Below are positions 1 to 11,356 of a DNA stretch of 64,000 bases, piece after piece. The stretch comes from Azolla caroliniana. Its lineage: Eukaryota; Plantae; Polypodiophyta. The translations under genes and the position numbers were made by a program. Below the pieces are notes generated by a model, which saw only the letters and a list, made by a program, of their open reading frames with translations, was not told the origin of the DNA and searched no databases. The stretch spans positions 9,920,001-9,984,000 of the forward strand of contig JBHGNT010000013.1 in NCBI GenBank assembly GCA_043228905.1, read 5' to 3'. The stretch's first letter is position 1. Each line of letters begins with the position of its first letter.

Positions 1-189
1 CTGGTGTACATGTAACGCCAACTCTCTGTGTTGTTGTTGCGTTTGTTGCGTTTGTTGCTTCTCTAAAGAAATTTGTTGAAGATCCCCCAACAATCGTTGA
101 TTTTCTTGTTCTAGTGCTACGAACTTTTCTTTCAAGCACTCCAGCTCTGAGAGGATAGATTAGTATTCTTGAGCGCTAACAATTGCCAT
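1..189 (-). pseudogene. gag N-terminus of Tcn1-like copy 1 (in-frame stop, runs off window)
   Basis: ATG at 187-189; homologous to the N-terminus of ORF 15735-16739; TAA at codon 10. Confidence 0.8.
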
Positions 190-719
190 AGTATTGGAGG
201 AAGGAAGGATAAGAAGATTTGTATGAAGAGAATGAGGGATACGAAGATGAGAACGAAGCAATTTGGTTCAAACTATCAGGAATAGTACTAAGATAGAGAG
301 GGAATTAGTACTAAAGCCGAGGATTAGTATTGAGATGAAAGAGGGTGTAGAATTCTCGAGAGAAGGAGAGGGAGGGAGGGAGGGAGAGATAGATAGATAG
401 ATTATATTATCATCTTCGGAGGTCAAATATGACCTATGAGACCAAAAATATTACATTTCACGTGTGTGAAAGTGAGTAGTGACTCTCAATGTTCAAGAAC
501 TTTACCAATGAATGTTGCAATCGAGAGTGCACATTATGGTTGTGAGAGGAATTCATGCAAAGATTGGGCTCAATCGAAGAGATGTGGAAAGCATGGTCAA
601 ATATGATCAAAGGCAGAGCATTGTATCAAAGTGTGATACTCAAACTCGCGAACTTGTTTAGGGCAAAGTGTGCATAGCCGACCACTCTCATCACTTGTAC
701 CCCAACGCCATGTTTCACA

Positions 720-3700
720 TCACAATGCATGTGAGCTAAGTCGCATGGAAGCAATGGTTCGAATGGAAGATAACGGTATGGGCTCTAACATGTATGGATG
801 TGTACGATTTCCCCGTTCCGCAAAGAATATGGTTTTGTAGTTAGGTGCAACATGTGTAGTATAATGTGTCAAGCGTGAGCCTCCACATTTGTCCCATGTC
901 ATGATACATTGGTGTTGCAAAAATGACTCATTTACAGAGGAATCTAATGATGCATCATGAAGCAAGTGTCTCGCATCCCATCTACCAAACCATTTTTCTA
1001 TATCTTGCATCCAACCGGAACACAAAATTTTGCTTTTATGCGTCTTTTGGATCTTTTTGCTTGCTTCCCACACAATTCTAGGAAGTCGATGTGAGGGACT
1101 TTTTTGAACCTTAAGCATGTATTCAACAACCCTTTCCATGGCCATGATCTCAATAGGAAGCGATCCCGTCTCAAGGAGGAGGAGGGTGTAGGGCGTTTGT
1201 TTCTTAACTTGTAGAAACTTGGTAAGAAAATGCTTTTGGACATTTTCAAACTCTTTCCACATGGATTTAGGGATGCTACCGCCCCATACTTCCACCCCAT
1301 AGAGAAGAACCGGTGTCACCAAAGTGTCGAAAAGATATTTCTTGAGGACCCAACACTTAATATCTCCAAGATTGCATGTGTTCTCAAATGCATGGTATGC
1401 TCGTTTGCCCGCCTCTAAGCGGCGTGTAGCACATTCATTCCATCTATGATTTGAAGGAACTTCAAGGCCAAGATATTTGAAGATTTCCACACATTCAAGT
1501 GGCTCATTGTTGTACATAATGCATGGTTTATCTCTTTTTTGGCTCTTCACAAGAATAATCTTTGTTTTAGAGCTATTGACACTTAATTTAGTATGCATGC
1601 AAAATTTTTCCAATGCCTTCATAAGCTTTTGTGCATCTCCTAAAGTATTTGCAAAAAGCACTACATCATCTGCATATAGCAAAAGCATAATCACAACATT
1701 CCCAATGGCAACTTCTTCAACACATTCTTCCTTTGCAAACTTGGTAACCATTTCTTCCAATTCATCAATGCATAGACCAAATAGTGTTGGTGAGAGTGGG
1801 CATCCTTGCTTAACACCAATAGTGCTTTTGAAAAAATCTGAAAGTTTATCTCTCATGCGCACACAACATATAACCTTCTCATAAATTCGGGAAATTGCAA
1901 GCATATATTCACTTGGCACCTCAAGTTCTTCCATTCGCCTCCAAAGATGCTCACGAGGTACCATATCAAAAGCTTTCTTGAAGTCTACAAAGCAACAATA
2001 TAAACCTTTACCTCTAAGGCGACTTTCCTCCATTAATACTCGAAGGGTGATAAGGTGATCAATGGTGCTATAATGTTTCCGAAAGCCAGCTTGTCCATAA
2101 GCTCTCTTACCACTTTTTTCAGCCCATACACTTATCTTTGATTCCATTATACATCCAAATAGTTTTGCCATTAATGAGTCAACCATGATGGTTCGATAGT
2201 TATTTACATTATTTATATCTCCACCTTTATGTAAAGGTTTGATCCAATTTGTAGTCCAATCGTACAACATACCATGTTGCAATGCATCATTAAACATATC
2301 GCTTATCCATATATGTGCTACCTTTCCCGTCCATTTGAGCATTTCAGCCTTTATACATTGAAGATCGCTTGCCTTTCGAGAGGCCAATTTCTTAAGTCCT
2401 ATGCATATATCTTCAATTGTAAAGAAGGGAGGCATATGTGAAAGAGAACCATAACACATAATCTTTCCAGCAAGAGATAACTCATATAAATTCTTACAAT
2501 GCATAGACAAGTCGTGAAGAGTTAAGTCACCATAACTCTCAACACGTTTTCCCTTTAGATTTCCCCAAAATTTAGCACATGCATGTGCTTTCTCTTGCGT
2601 TTGGATAAATTGTTGAGTAACTTCCCATATTCTTCTCTTTCTTTGAATAAGCCTCTTATACTCATGCAAATGCTTTTGGTAATTCTCTTTATCCTTAACA
2701 ACATCCAAAACCATAAGGCACTTTCGAGCTTCACGACATTCTTTATCAAACCATTTTTTCCTAAGTTTCTTGGTGCATTTCCAAGATGTGCGGTTGGTCG
2801 AAAAACATTTGTTTGTACATGAGAGAATGACTTTCTTGAAAGCTTCCCATTTGCATTCTAGTGTGGCACCATGTTGTATGTTTGTCATTTGTAACATATC
2901 CTCAACCATCTTGGAATACATGGGTGCTCGCTTAAGGTTCATGCTCAAGTGCGGTTGTTTATTATCTTCAATAGCCTTCTCACAATCAAACCTATGCATA
3001 CATTTGAGATCAATACATAAAGGCCTATGATCGGATTCCGGTGTCCATTCACCAAGTGAGAATTTATGTATACGATCCAAAATACCTTCAGAAAGTAGCA
3101 CATAGTCAATCACACTATTTCCGTTGTGTTTTCTACATGTAAAACCATTAGTGTTGGGCCATAAGGAAATACCATTTGCAATAAGCAATCTGGTACTATT
3201 GCACATTTGTAGGAGTAACTTCCCAAATTGGTCCAGATCTTTTTCATCGCTAGAAGAGCGGTTATACATTTGCATATCCTCTTGCATCCTTGAGATATGT
3301 GGCATGAAAGATTCTTGTGAATCAAGTTGGAAACTTCTTGTACGAGCATTCATATCACCAAAGACAATAACTTCCCCTTTGGATTTGAAATAAGCAATAT
3401 CATCTTCTAGATTGGCAAACGGTTGATCTTTATCTAAATAAGCATAAAAGTTAGAATCTTGATGATGAATGTAACATCCAACTACAAAAGTGGGCAAATC
3501 ATTAGGTGTTTCTATTTTGAGCCATATGTAGCATTTATTTTCATCATTTTTTATGATTGACACATATTTCTCTATTTCCTTCTTAATCAAACATGCCACC
3601 CCTCCTTGTCCTCTTCTTTGTCTTGGATTTTTCTTCCATATCAAAGAGTGTACATTATAGTTTCCTAAACCTTGAATCCTTTGAGTATCATGCTCCCATG

Positions 3701-3833
3701 TTTCAACAAGAAGTGTGATATCCGAGTCATCGGTGAACTCCTCTGTGCCAAATCCCGCATTCCATGGGTATCCATTGCAATTCCAAAAGCATAGTCGTAA
3801 AAGGCGTGGGTTAGTCTCATAGATCGTGTGTCC
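720..3833 (-). CDS. LINE ORF2: AP endonuclease + reverse transcriptase (premature TGA at 720-722 before the CCHC finger)
   Basis: Motifs CFWNCNG, LLVETW, VFGDMNAR, SVIDY, ESDH (APE) and FVDFKKAFD, GVKQGCPLSP, LLYADD, FKYLG (RT). The frame is open from 3833, upstream of the ORF-track start at 3644, and continues past the stop to ~600. Confidence 0.9.
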   Translation of the reverse strand, partial: GHTIYETNPRLLRLCFWNCNGYPWNAGFGTEEFTDDSDITLLVETWEHDTQRIQGLGNYNVHSLIWKKNPRQRRGQGGVACLIKKEIEKYVSIIKNDENKCYIWLKIETPNDLPTFVVGCYIHHQDSNFYAYLDKDQPFANLEDDIAYFKSKGEVIVFGDMNARTRSFQLDSQESFMPHISRMQEDMQMYNRSSSDEKDLDQFGKLLLQMCNSTRLLIANGISLWPNTNGFTCRKHNGNSVIDYVLLSEGILDRIHKFSLGEWTPESDHRPLCIDLKCMHRFDCEKAIEDNKQPHLSMNLKRAPMYSKMVEDMLQMTNIQHGATLECKWEAFKKVILSCTNKCFSTNRTSWKCTKKLRKKWFDKECREARKCLMVLDVVKDKENYQKHLHEYKRLIQRKRRIWEVTQQFIQTQEKAHACAKFWGNLKGKRVESYGDLTLHDLSMHCKNLYELSLAGKIMCYGSLSHMPPFFTIEDICIGLKKLASRKASDLQCIKAEMLKWTGKVAHIWISDMFNDALQHGMLYDWTTNWIKPLHKGGDINNVNNYRTIMVDSLMAKLFGCIMESKISVWAEKSGKRAYGQAGFRKHYSTIDHLITLRVLMEESRLRGKGLYCCFVDFKKAFDMVPREHLWRRMEELEVPSEYMLAISRIYEKVICCVRMRDKLSDFFKSTIGVKQGCPLSPTLFGLCIDELEEMVTKFAKEECVEEVAIGNVVIMLLLYADDVVLFANTLGDAQKLMKALEKFCMHTKLSVNSSKTKIILVKSQKRDKPCIMYNNEPLECVEIFKYLGLEVPSNHRWNECATRRLEAGKRAYHAFENTCNLGDIKCWVLKKYLFDTLVTPVLLYGVEVWGGSIPKSMWKEFENVQKHFLTKFLQVKKQTPYTLLLLETGSLPIEIMAMERVVEYMLKVQKSPSHRLPRIVWEASKKIQKTHKSKILCSGWMQDIEKWFGRWDARHLLHDASLDSSVNESFLQHQCIMTWDKCGGSRLTHYTTHVAPNYKTIFFAERGNRTHPYMLEPIPLSSIRTIASMRLSSHAL

Positions 3834-4691
3834 CTATTTGCCTACATTTCCATCTTTAGGCACATCCTTAACCTTGTTTTTCAATCTTTCTTCATATGGT
3901 TTATGACGAGCATTTTGTTGTGAGATAGCACGATCTTCACTCACAAAGCATTGTGTACCTTTGAGGTATACCCAACTATTTTTTAGTATGATCCGCCGCT
4001 TTGTATCATTTGTCATTGTGCATACAATAGGCCTTTCTCCGGAGCGAGTAACACCATGTTTCCCAACTCGGTGTGCCCCATATACATTCACATCTGACAT
4101 CCCATAATGCATGCTAAAAAATTCACCAAGGGATGCAGGTGTTTCAATACTCTCTTCTTTAATCCCATGGACGACAATGTTCTTTGATCGTCGTTCACGT
4201 TCTTTCAATTCTCGGACATCTATGCTTTCTATATTCTTCTCTTGATGCATCACATGCATATTAGATGAGTTTGATAGCACATCCCCACCACATACATCGG
4301 CCCATGACTTCGTTGTACATACATTTTTCATCTCACTTACATCCCGCCTCATCGTGTCCAATTTTTCTTCTTTTAATGCTTCCTTTAACTCAATCTTGTT
4401 AAGGCGCTCATTTGTTTCAAAAGAAGCTCTTTTACATTCTTGAATCTCTTCTTGAAGTTTTGCAACCACTTGTTTAAGACTTTCATTCTCAATGACAACA
4501 CTTTGGAGCTTAGTATTCTCTTTCATTAACGTCCTAATCTCTTCACCTTGCTTGTTTATGGTTTCTTGAAGAGAAATCAAGTGACTCATAAGCATTTTGT
4601 CCATTGCATTAGAATCGAGATTTGTTGGTGATCTCGGCTCATTATCAATCATACCCCCGAACTTTGCGGCGGTTTTACGAGTATTTGCCAT
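3834..4691 (-). CDS. LINE ORF1 (coiled coil + RRM-like nucleic-acid chaperone)
   Basis: 285 aa with heptad-rich N-terminus, then RERRSKNIVVHGIKE...AHRVGK...RPIV...VSED, typical of L1/CR1/RTEX-type ORF1; lies directly upstream of ORF2. Confidence 0.8.
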   Translation of the reverse strand: MANTRKTAAKFGGMIDNEPRSPTNLDSNAMDKMLMSHLISLQETINKQGEEIRTLMKENTKLQSVVIENESLKQVVAKLQEEIQECKRASFETNERLNKIELKEALKEEKLDTMRRDVSEMKNVCTTKSWADVCGGDVLSNSSNMHVMHQEKNIESIDVRELKERERRSKNIVVHGIKEESIETPASLGEFFSMHYGMSDVNVYGAHRVGKHGVTRSGERPIVCTMTNDTKRRIILKNSWVYLKGTQCFVSEDRAISQQNARHKPYEERLKNKVKDVPKDGNVGK

Positions 4692-4951
4692 TGTAGGGAC
4701 AAACCCTACGGGAAAAGAGAGACAGAGAGGGAAGGAGAGAGAATGTACCTTTCACTTGATTTAGGGCTTCAAAATCTACCTTCCGTTTGAGGAACCGTGG
4801 GGCAAAGATGGCTGCGGATGAAAATGCTCATAACTTCTCGCCACGGTAACAGAATTTAGTAAATGAACATTCTTTAGAAAGCTCTCTCAAAGATCTTTCC
4901 AACGAGCTATAGAACGTAGAAAACGATGGCCGGAGTGAACTTACAGAGAGC

Positions 4952-5007
<56 letters not shown>

Positions 5008-5650
5008 ACAAACGATATATTATATAATATGAAGAGAATATACAAGAATAGCCAGAAGGCTTAAGACTCGCGTTGAACCGAATTGGTTCGAAATAATGCC
5101 TTATACCTCTATTTATAGTGTTGTCAAGATTACTCTTGAAGTTTCTAGAATGTTCCAGAGTAATCTAGAATATATATGAATTTCCTATAGAAATAATAAA
5201 TGAAATTAATATCTTTTGTATTACAATTCATGGTTTAATGGCAAGGGTTCAGCCCATGTAACACAAGGTCATGGGTTCGAATCCTTTTGGAGTATACCAT
5301 GCCATATCATGACAATGACAAGTCAGTTGACAAAAAAGGAATATCTCCACTACTATCAACTGACCACAGTGGTTGGATTGATCATCAATCCCCAGTAATT
5401 TTGTAGTGAGATTGTCCAGATCCCATCTAAGCGTTGAGGTGTGAGCGCATGGGTGAACTACTCTCATATGTAATAGAAGTTTTGTTTTCATATATCCATC
5501 TCTGTGGTTGTAGCTCTATATACCTATCTAATCGATTCTCAATATTTCTAACATGGTATCAGAGTTGAGAGGTTGATCTACATTAGGTATATACGGGTAG
5601 TTACTGTCTAGTAGCACAGACAAATAGAGAGAGAAAGAGAGAGAGTATCA

Positions 5651-6186
5651 ATGGCCTTGTCCACGAACGTTGCACCTGCTCCACTGCGCATTCGTCCACC
5701 TCTATTGTCTGATGGAAAGCTAGATGGAACCAACTACACTCTATGGAAGTTCAAAATGTCTGCCATTTTGGACTCCTATGAGTTGTTGGAGACAATCATG
5801 GGACCCACAGGAGGAGACCCATAAGTCCATGGTGACCTTTGACCCTGCACACCCTACCACATCAATCCCTCCAAATGTTGATCTACTTCGAACCTAGAAG
5901 AGAATGAATGTTGATGTGTTTGTGTACCATAGTCACTAGTGTATGTGACTCTGTACTAACATTAATGCAACATACAACCAAGGCACATGAAGCTTGGAGC
6001 ATATTGGCCAGCCAGTATGAAACCAGAAACTATACAAGGATACAAAACTTCGAAAATCAGCCTGCTACAAAGAAGCTCATTGATGGACAAAAAGTAGAAT
6101 CCTTTGTAAAAAGGATTAAGGATCTTCAAGATTAGATGGCAGTTGTTGGAGTAGTCGTCTCTCCAAAGGATATCGCTCGTCGGTGC
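5651..6186 (+). pseudogene. copia gag N-terminal part (continues at 17316 after the insertion)
   Basis: MALSTN...KLDGTNYTLWKFKMSAIL... with frameshifts and stops; KDIARRC|IQVRPSMYDGIV reads across the GGTGC TSD. Confidence 0.8.
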
Positions 6187-6289
6187 TGTCAGGAACAGTA
6201 CTAAGACAGAGAAGGACTTAGTACTAAAAGAAGTATTAGTACTAAGAGAGGTGAAGAACTCTCGAGAGAAGGACTTAGTACACTCATCG

Positions 6290-8808
6290 TTTTGGATTGA
6301 GGACCCGGTTTGTCTGGATATTGACGATGGAAGTCTTCAAGAAGAGCACGAGCAGGTGGTGACATTCTCTATCGGTTCCCAAGTACGCTCGCTGGGACTA
6401 TATCCTAGCCAATCGACTAGATAGTAGAGCTTGTTGCGAACAAACTTGGAATCAAGGATGGCAGCAACCTCGTACTCAGGTCCATCTTCAAGCTCGATCG
6501 GGGGTGGAGGCTGTGTAATACGGCCTGGGATGGTGCTCTCTTGATAGGGTTCGAGGAGAGAACTATGAAACACCGGATGTATCCGAAGTTGTGGAGGTAG
6601 ATCAAGACGAAAAGTGACATCATTAATCTTTCCTATAATACGGAAAGGACCTAATCGCCGATAATCCAGCTTCTCGCATGGGCGAGTAGTCTTGATGTGT
6701 CGTCAGAGTAGCCATACCCGATCTCCAATGTTAAAACTAGATGGGAGTCGATGACGATCCGCATAAACCTTGTGTGTTTGTTGAGCTTGTTGGAGATGAA
6801 TAGACAAATACGCTTGTAACTTGCGTAACTTCTCCAAACGAGCCTCTGCGCAAGGATTTGTGGACACCTCTGGGGTTTCAAGTACACACCACCGGGGGTG
6901 ACATTCCATATAAGCATAAAATGGCGTAACTTTCGTGGATGCGTGGATAGAGTTGTTATAGGCAAATTCGGCGAAGTGGAGAATATCTGCCCAGTCATCC
7001 TGATGATAGCTGAGAAAGCACCGTAGATACTGCTCCAGCGTTTGATTGGTTCGTTCGGCTTGGCCGTCGGTTTGTGGGTGGTAGCCGAAGGAGAGGTTAC
7101 AACTGACCTTGAGCATGTTAAAAAGGTGCTTCCAGAATTTTGACACGAACTGGGGTCCACTGTCGCTGATGATACTATCAGGAAGTCCATGATGCCGACA
7201 TACTTCACGCATGACAATTTCGGCAGTGTCTTCACTGGAGATCTCCTTAGTACATGGCAAGAAATGAGCCATCTTCGTATATCGATCGACCACTGTTAGA
7301 ATCGCATTGAACCCCTTAGAGACTGGAAGATCTATGATGAAGTCTAGAGCAATGGATTGCCACGGCTTGCTTGGAATTGGTAATGGTTCTAATAGACCAT
7401 ATGGATGATGCCTTGGCATTTTCACTCTGCAGCATGTATCACAAGTCCGAACAAAATCCTCGACAAATTGTCACATATAGGGCCACCAGAATGATCGTTG
7501 TACTAAATGTAGTGTTTTAGTACTACCAAAATGCCTAGTTGTATATGTGTCATGACAGTTTTGTACTACTTGAAGGCGGCAAGAACCATTAGGAACATAC
7601 AAAAGTTCTTTAAAGAAGAGTAATCCATCATGGTATTTGAATTGCCGATAGTCCGTACCTGGTGGTTGCGACTGTGAACACGACGTTCGAGAGGGATCAA
7701 TTTGTGCTAGTATAGCTTGGGCGAACGCATCTGTCTTCAAGTCTTCGCGTATGGTATCGATAACGCGGGAATCCATGGGCATGTCAAAGACATGTGTTGC
7801 TTGTAGTCGTGCCGGTCCCAAGATGACTTGTTTTTGGTTATCGAAAGCTGGCTCGCCGGGACGGGGTGCTAGATACGAACGCCGTGATAATGCATCTGCC
7901 TTCCCTTGGTGCTTCCCCGGACGATATGTAATTTTGAAGTCGAAACGCGTGAGGAAGTGGGCCCACCGAGCTTGACGTCGATTCAACACACGAGCATCCT
8001 GAAAGTAGGCAAGGTTCTTGTGGTCACTAAATACGGTGACCGGATGAGAGGATCCCTCTAGAAAATGCCTCCATTGCATAAAAGAATCCACTATTGCCAA
8101 TAGCTCCTTATCATGAATTTCGTAGTTGATTTCGGCGGCGTCAAATTTGCGTGAGTGAAAAGCCACAGGATGTAGCTTCTCATCATTCCCCTGTTGTGAC
8201 AGAATGCTCCCCAATGCAAAATCCAATGCGTCAGCTTCGATAGTGAATGGTTTTTCCGGATCAACATGAGCTAGAATTGGAGCTGAGGTAAATGCCTTTT
8301 TAAGACTCTCGAAAGCCACATCGGTTTCTTCAGACCAGATGAACGGTTGTCCCTTCCTGGTAAGTTGTGTGAGAGGTAGAACGATCTTTGAGTAATCTTG
8401 TATGAACTTCCGGTAAAAATTGGCAAAGCCTAGGAAGCATTGCACATCCCGCACCGAACACGGAGTCTTCCATTCTACCATCGTTTTGACCTTAGCTGGG
8501 TCCATGGAGATGCCTTCTGACGAAATGGTGTAGCCGAGAAATTCCATTTGGTTGCATCCAAAACTACATTTTTCCAGCTTTGCATACAGACCATGTTCTC
8601 GAAGTCGTTTTAGTACTAATAGTACATGAGAATCATGTTCTTCTTGGGTCTTTGAATAAACCAGTAGATCATCCAAATAGATGATCAAACAATCATCCAA
8701 AAGATCTCGGAATATATCATTAGCCATGTGCTGGAAGACTGTCGGTGCATTAGTGAGGCCGAACGGCATGACCGTATACTCGAAGTGCCCATATCTGGTG
8801 TGAAACGC
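6290..8808 (-). pseudogene. pol 3' part of Tcn1-like copy 2: RT C-terminus, RNase H, integrase, chromodomain (stops/frameshifts)
   Basis: YLDDLLVYS, EADALDFALG, NYEIHDKELLAI, WQSIALDFI, HPQTDGQAER, YEVAAILDSK...YYLVDWLGYSPSERTWEP (group I chromodomain). Confidence 0.92.
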
Positions 8809-10198
8809 TGTCGCCATGATTCGCGCGTGCGTGTGCTACTCGAGCGACCACCGGGGTCTTGGACTGGGGAGGACGTTCGCGGAATTATCGAAGCTAGATG
8901 ACGATCAATGTAAGATTAGATGAAATTGGTTTACTCGAGAAGAAGAAAGATTGTACACTTGAGAAGTAGAAAAATAATGAAGAAGATAAAGACAAATATT
9001 ATATTGATGATAATGGTGTTGGTGATATCACATATTGAGCCCCCCTTACACAAGCCCAACTAGAGGCTTTTATAGGTCTTTCCATGCTCGTGACATGCAC
9101 ATAACCATGGGCTAAAACCATGGTTTTGTGCACACGGTTTTGCTTATGTCATGCACAAACCATGGGTTTAAAACCATGGTTTTGTGCACATGGTTTTCTA
9201 TGGTTGTTTCGTCTATAATTTGTATATGAAAAGAAAATACATAAAATCTACACTATATGATAGTTGTCCTAGTGGTAAGGCAATTATCTTGTATGTTAGA
9301 GGTGCAAGGTTCAATCCTTGCTTGCACCCCTCTGTATGAACTCAAGTGCCACTAGGCTAGGTTTATTTGCTAAGTGCATGTGCAATGTTGCACATCCTTG
9401 GTTTATTCGTCTCACTCGGTTTCACACCGTAGCCGAAAATCGTCACGACATCCACCCCCACCAAACCTGCACATCCTCCGGTATGTGCCGAGAAAGGTGA
9501 AGAGGTGAGATCTTTGGCAACGGTGATCAACCGAGTTCCTCTGCACGCTCGTCGACTTCATCTTCCACTTTGAGTATGCGCAATCTTTCCAACCGAACCA
9601 CCGTAGCCACCCGATCCACCATATCCGGCGCTCACACCTTCTTCCCCGATCGGTTGTAGTAGATCTACCGAACGATGTCGTCGATACGACCGCTCTTCCT
9701 TCGTCCACCGTGCGTGTCCTTCGATTGGACTCCTGGCCACTCCTCACGCTCACCGTCTTCAACTGGGTATTGTAGATCGTTCGTGTCGATCTCCGATTAG
9801 GCTGGGTTTGCCCTTGTCCGGATCGGTCTCCACCGATCGCTTCTTGGCTTGGTTGGCCTTCGTCTGCATTCACATTTCCCCGAGTCGGGCTCGACCGATT
9901 GATTCTGGCTGGGTCGACCCCCTTTTGGATCGGAATCGTCCGATCGATTTTCGCCGAATCAGGTTTCGGCCGGGTCGGCCCCGGTCGATCGGCTCCCATG
10001 TAGATCTTCCTTCGTTCGGGTCGGAATCCCGGCTGGATCGTCTTCTGGTTCAACCGGTTCTCGACTCTTCCTTCCTTCCCACATGCAACCTCTCCATTGA
10101 ACTCAACCGCAGCTTCATCCTTGGCCTCTACGTCGGCCATATCCTTCCCTCCATGTATGCTTGCCGCGAGCCATATTGTCTCCTCTTCGCCACCTCCT

Positions 10199-11356
10199 CC
10201 TTGAGCAAGTCGATGACTTTCGGAATATGCGCCCGTGGCACCGGAATCGGCTTCAAGTTCCACGGTACATGATCAATCGTGAAAATCACCATCGGCTCCA
10301 CTATCTTTGGATTAATGCATCCGATCTCCCTCGATGTGAACGCGAATGCTTTGCCATGTTGCTCCAACATCTCTCGAAACCGTTTTTCTTCTTCTTGTAA
10401 GAGGAACCCACCTCCACCGATCCGAAGTTTCTTCCGGGTCTCATCTGTGAAGGCATGTCCGATATCCACGGACTTCCGAAGTGTCGGATCTCCCGAGACT
10501 TCTTTCTTCTTTTGTTCGCTATCGGCGGGTAGTGGTCCCGCGGCCGGTTTCACCTTCTTCTCCACGGTCTTGTATTTCGTACTTACCATTGCTTCTTCTT
10601 TGCGGAGCGCATCCGGCCCCATTTTCGCAACGATCTCGTACATCTCAACCGATTCCACCGGGACTACCTGGTTCCCTTGGCTTTTATCTTCCGCAAGCTC
10701 TTCAAGCCGTTGTAGTGTATTCCCATAGAACACTTCCTCGATCACTCCCACGATTTCTTCGTCGTCTTTTATTATTGATGCCGACCGTAACTTATCCTCC
10801 ACTTGTCGGTATTGTTTCTTCATTCCTCCGGTTACGGCCGTGTACGTAGATGCCCCATCCGGGCCGATTCGTACTTGTTTTGCTCCGAGAGTTTTCTTTC
10901 TGTGTGGGGTATCAGGGCTTCTCGGACTATCACTTCCCCACTCCACAACAGTCCGCTTTAAAAATCCATTCTCACTTGGGACAAGAGTTCCCTCTTGTTC
11001 CTTTCGTGATTTGCCGGCACCGTTAGGAATTGGACGGATTTCCCTCCGTTTTGGCTCCGAATTCGCGCAAAAGCCGCACCACTATCGAGCACCTTCGTCT
11101 CCATCCGTGAAGCCGTGATAAAGGGTTGGCCAAGGATGACAGAGTGTGAAACCTCATCCTGCACAAAGAAATTTTGGTCAATTTCGACATCCCCGATCTT
11201 TACCGTCACATCCGGACAAGCCGCAAATAGGTCTTCTGTCGTTTTCGTGGCTGCCCGAATCTTCCATCCATGGTTGGTGTTTATAGGCCACTTCCCCTTT
11301 CGGTAGAACTCCTTGGACATCAAGTTGATCTCCGATCCGTGATCAATCAATGCTAG
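10199..11356 (-). pseudogene. Captured protease to RT-start fragment from an autonomous gypsy partner
   Basis: LALIDHGSEINLM (aspartic protease), VILGQPF, then EPMVIFTIDHVPWNLKPIPVPRAH (pre-RT region); flanked by a 1080-bp direct duplication. Confidence 0.8.

Larger units (their letters stand above)
386..4954 (-). mobile_element. Near full-length non-LTR retrotransposon (RTEX/RTE-like LINE) inserted in the (GA)n tract of a gypsy LTR
   Basis: ORF1 plus APE-RT ORF2. The 3' tail is (ATCT)n at ~386-404 rather than poly(A). The C-terminus reads RLSSHAL*CETWRW...RLCTLC...EYHTLIQC (CCHC), as in RTEX-type ORF2. Both flanks are halves of one LTR. Confidence 0.85.
1..5314 (-). mobile_element. Tcn1-like Ty3/gypsy chromovirus copy 1 (5' part: gag start, self-priming PBS, 5' LTR 274-5314 split by a LINE)
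   Basis: 1-189 translates on minus to MAIVSAQEY*SILSELECLKEKF..., matching gag at 15735-16739. Segments 274-385 and 4955-5314 match the LTR at 16814-17310. The LTR ends ...CATGACA at 5314. Confidence 0.85.

Noticed and set aside
9412-10263. 283-aa ORF as an independent gene
   Set aside because: Duplicate of the C-terminus of 11650-13875 fused out of frame to the captured pol fragment.
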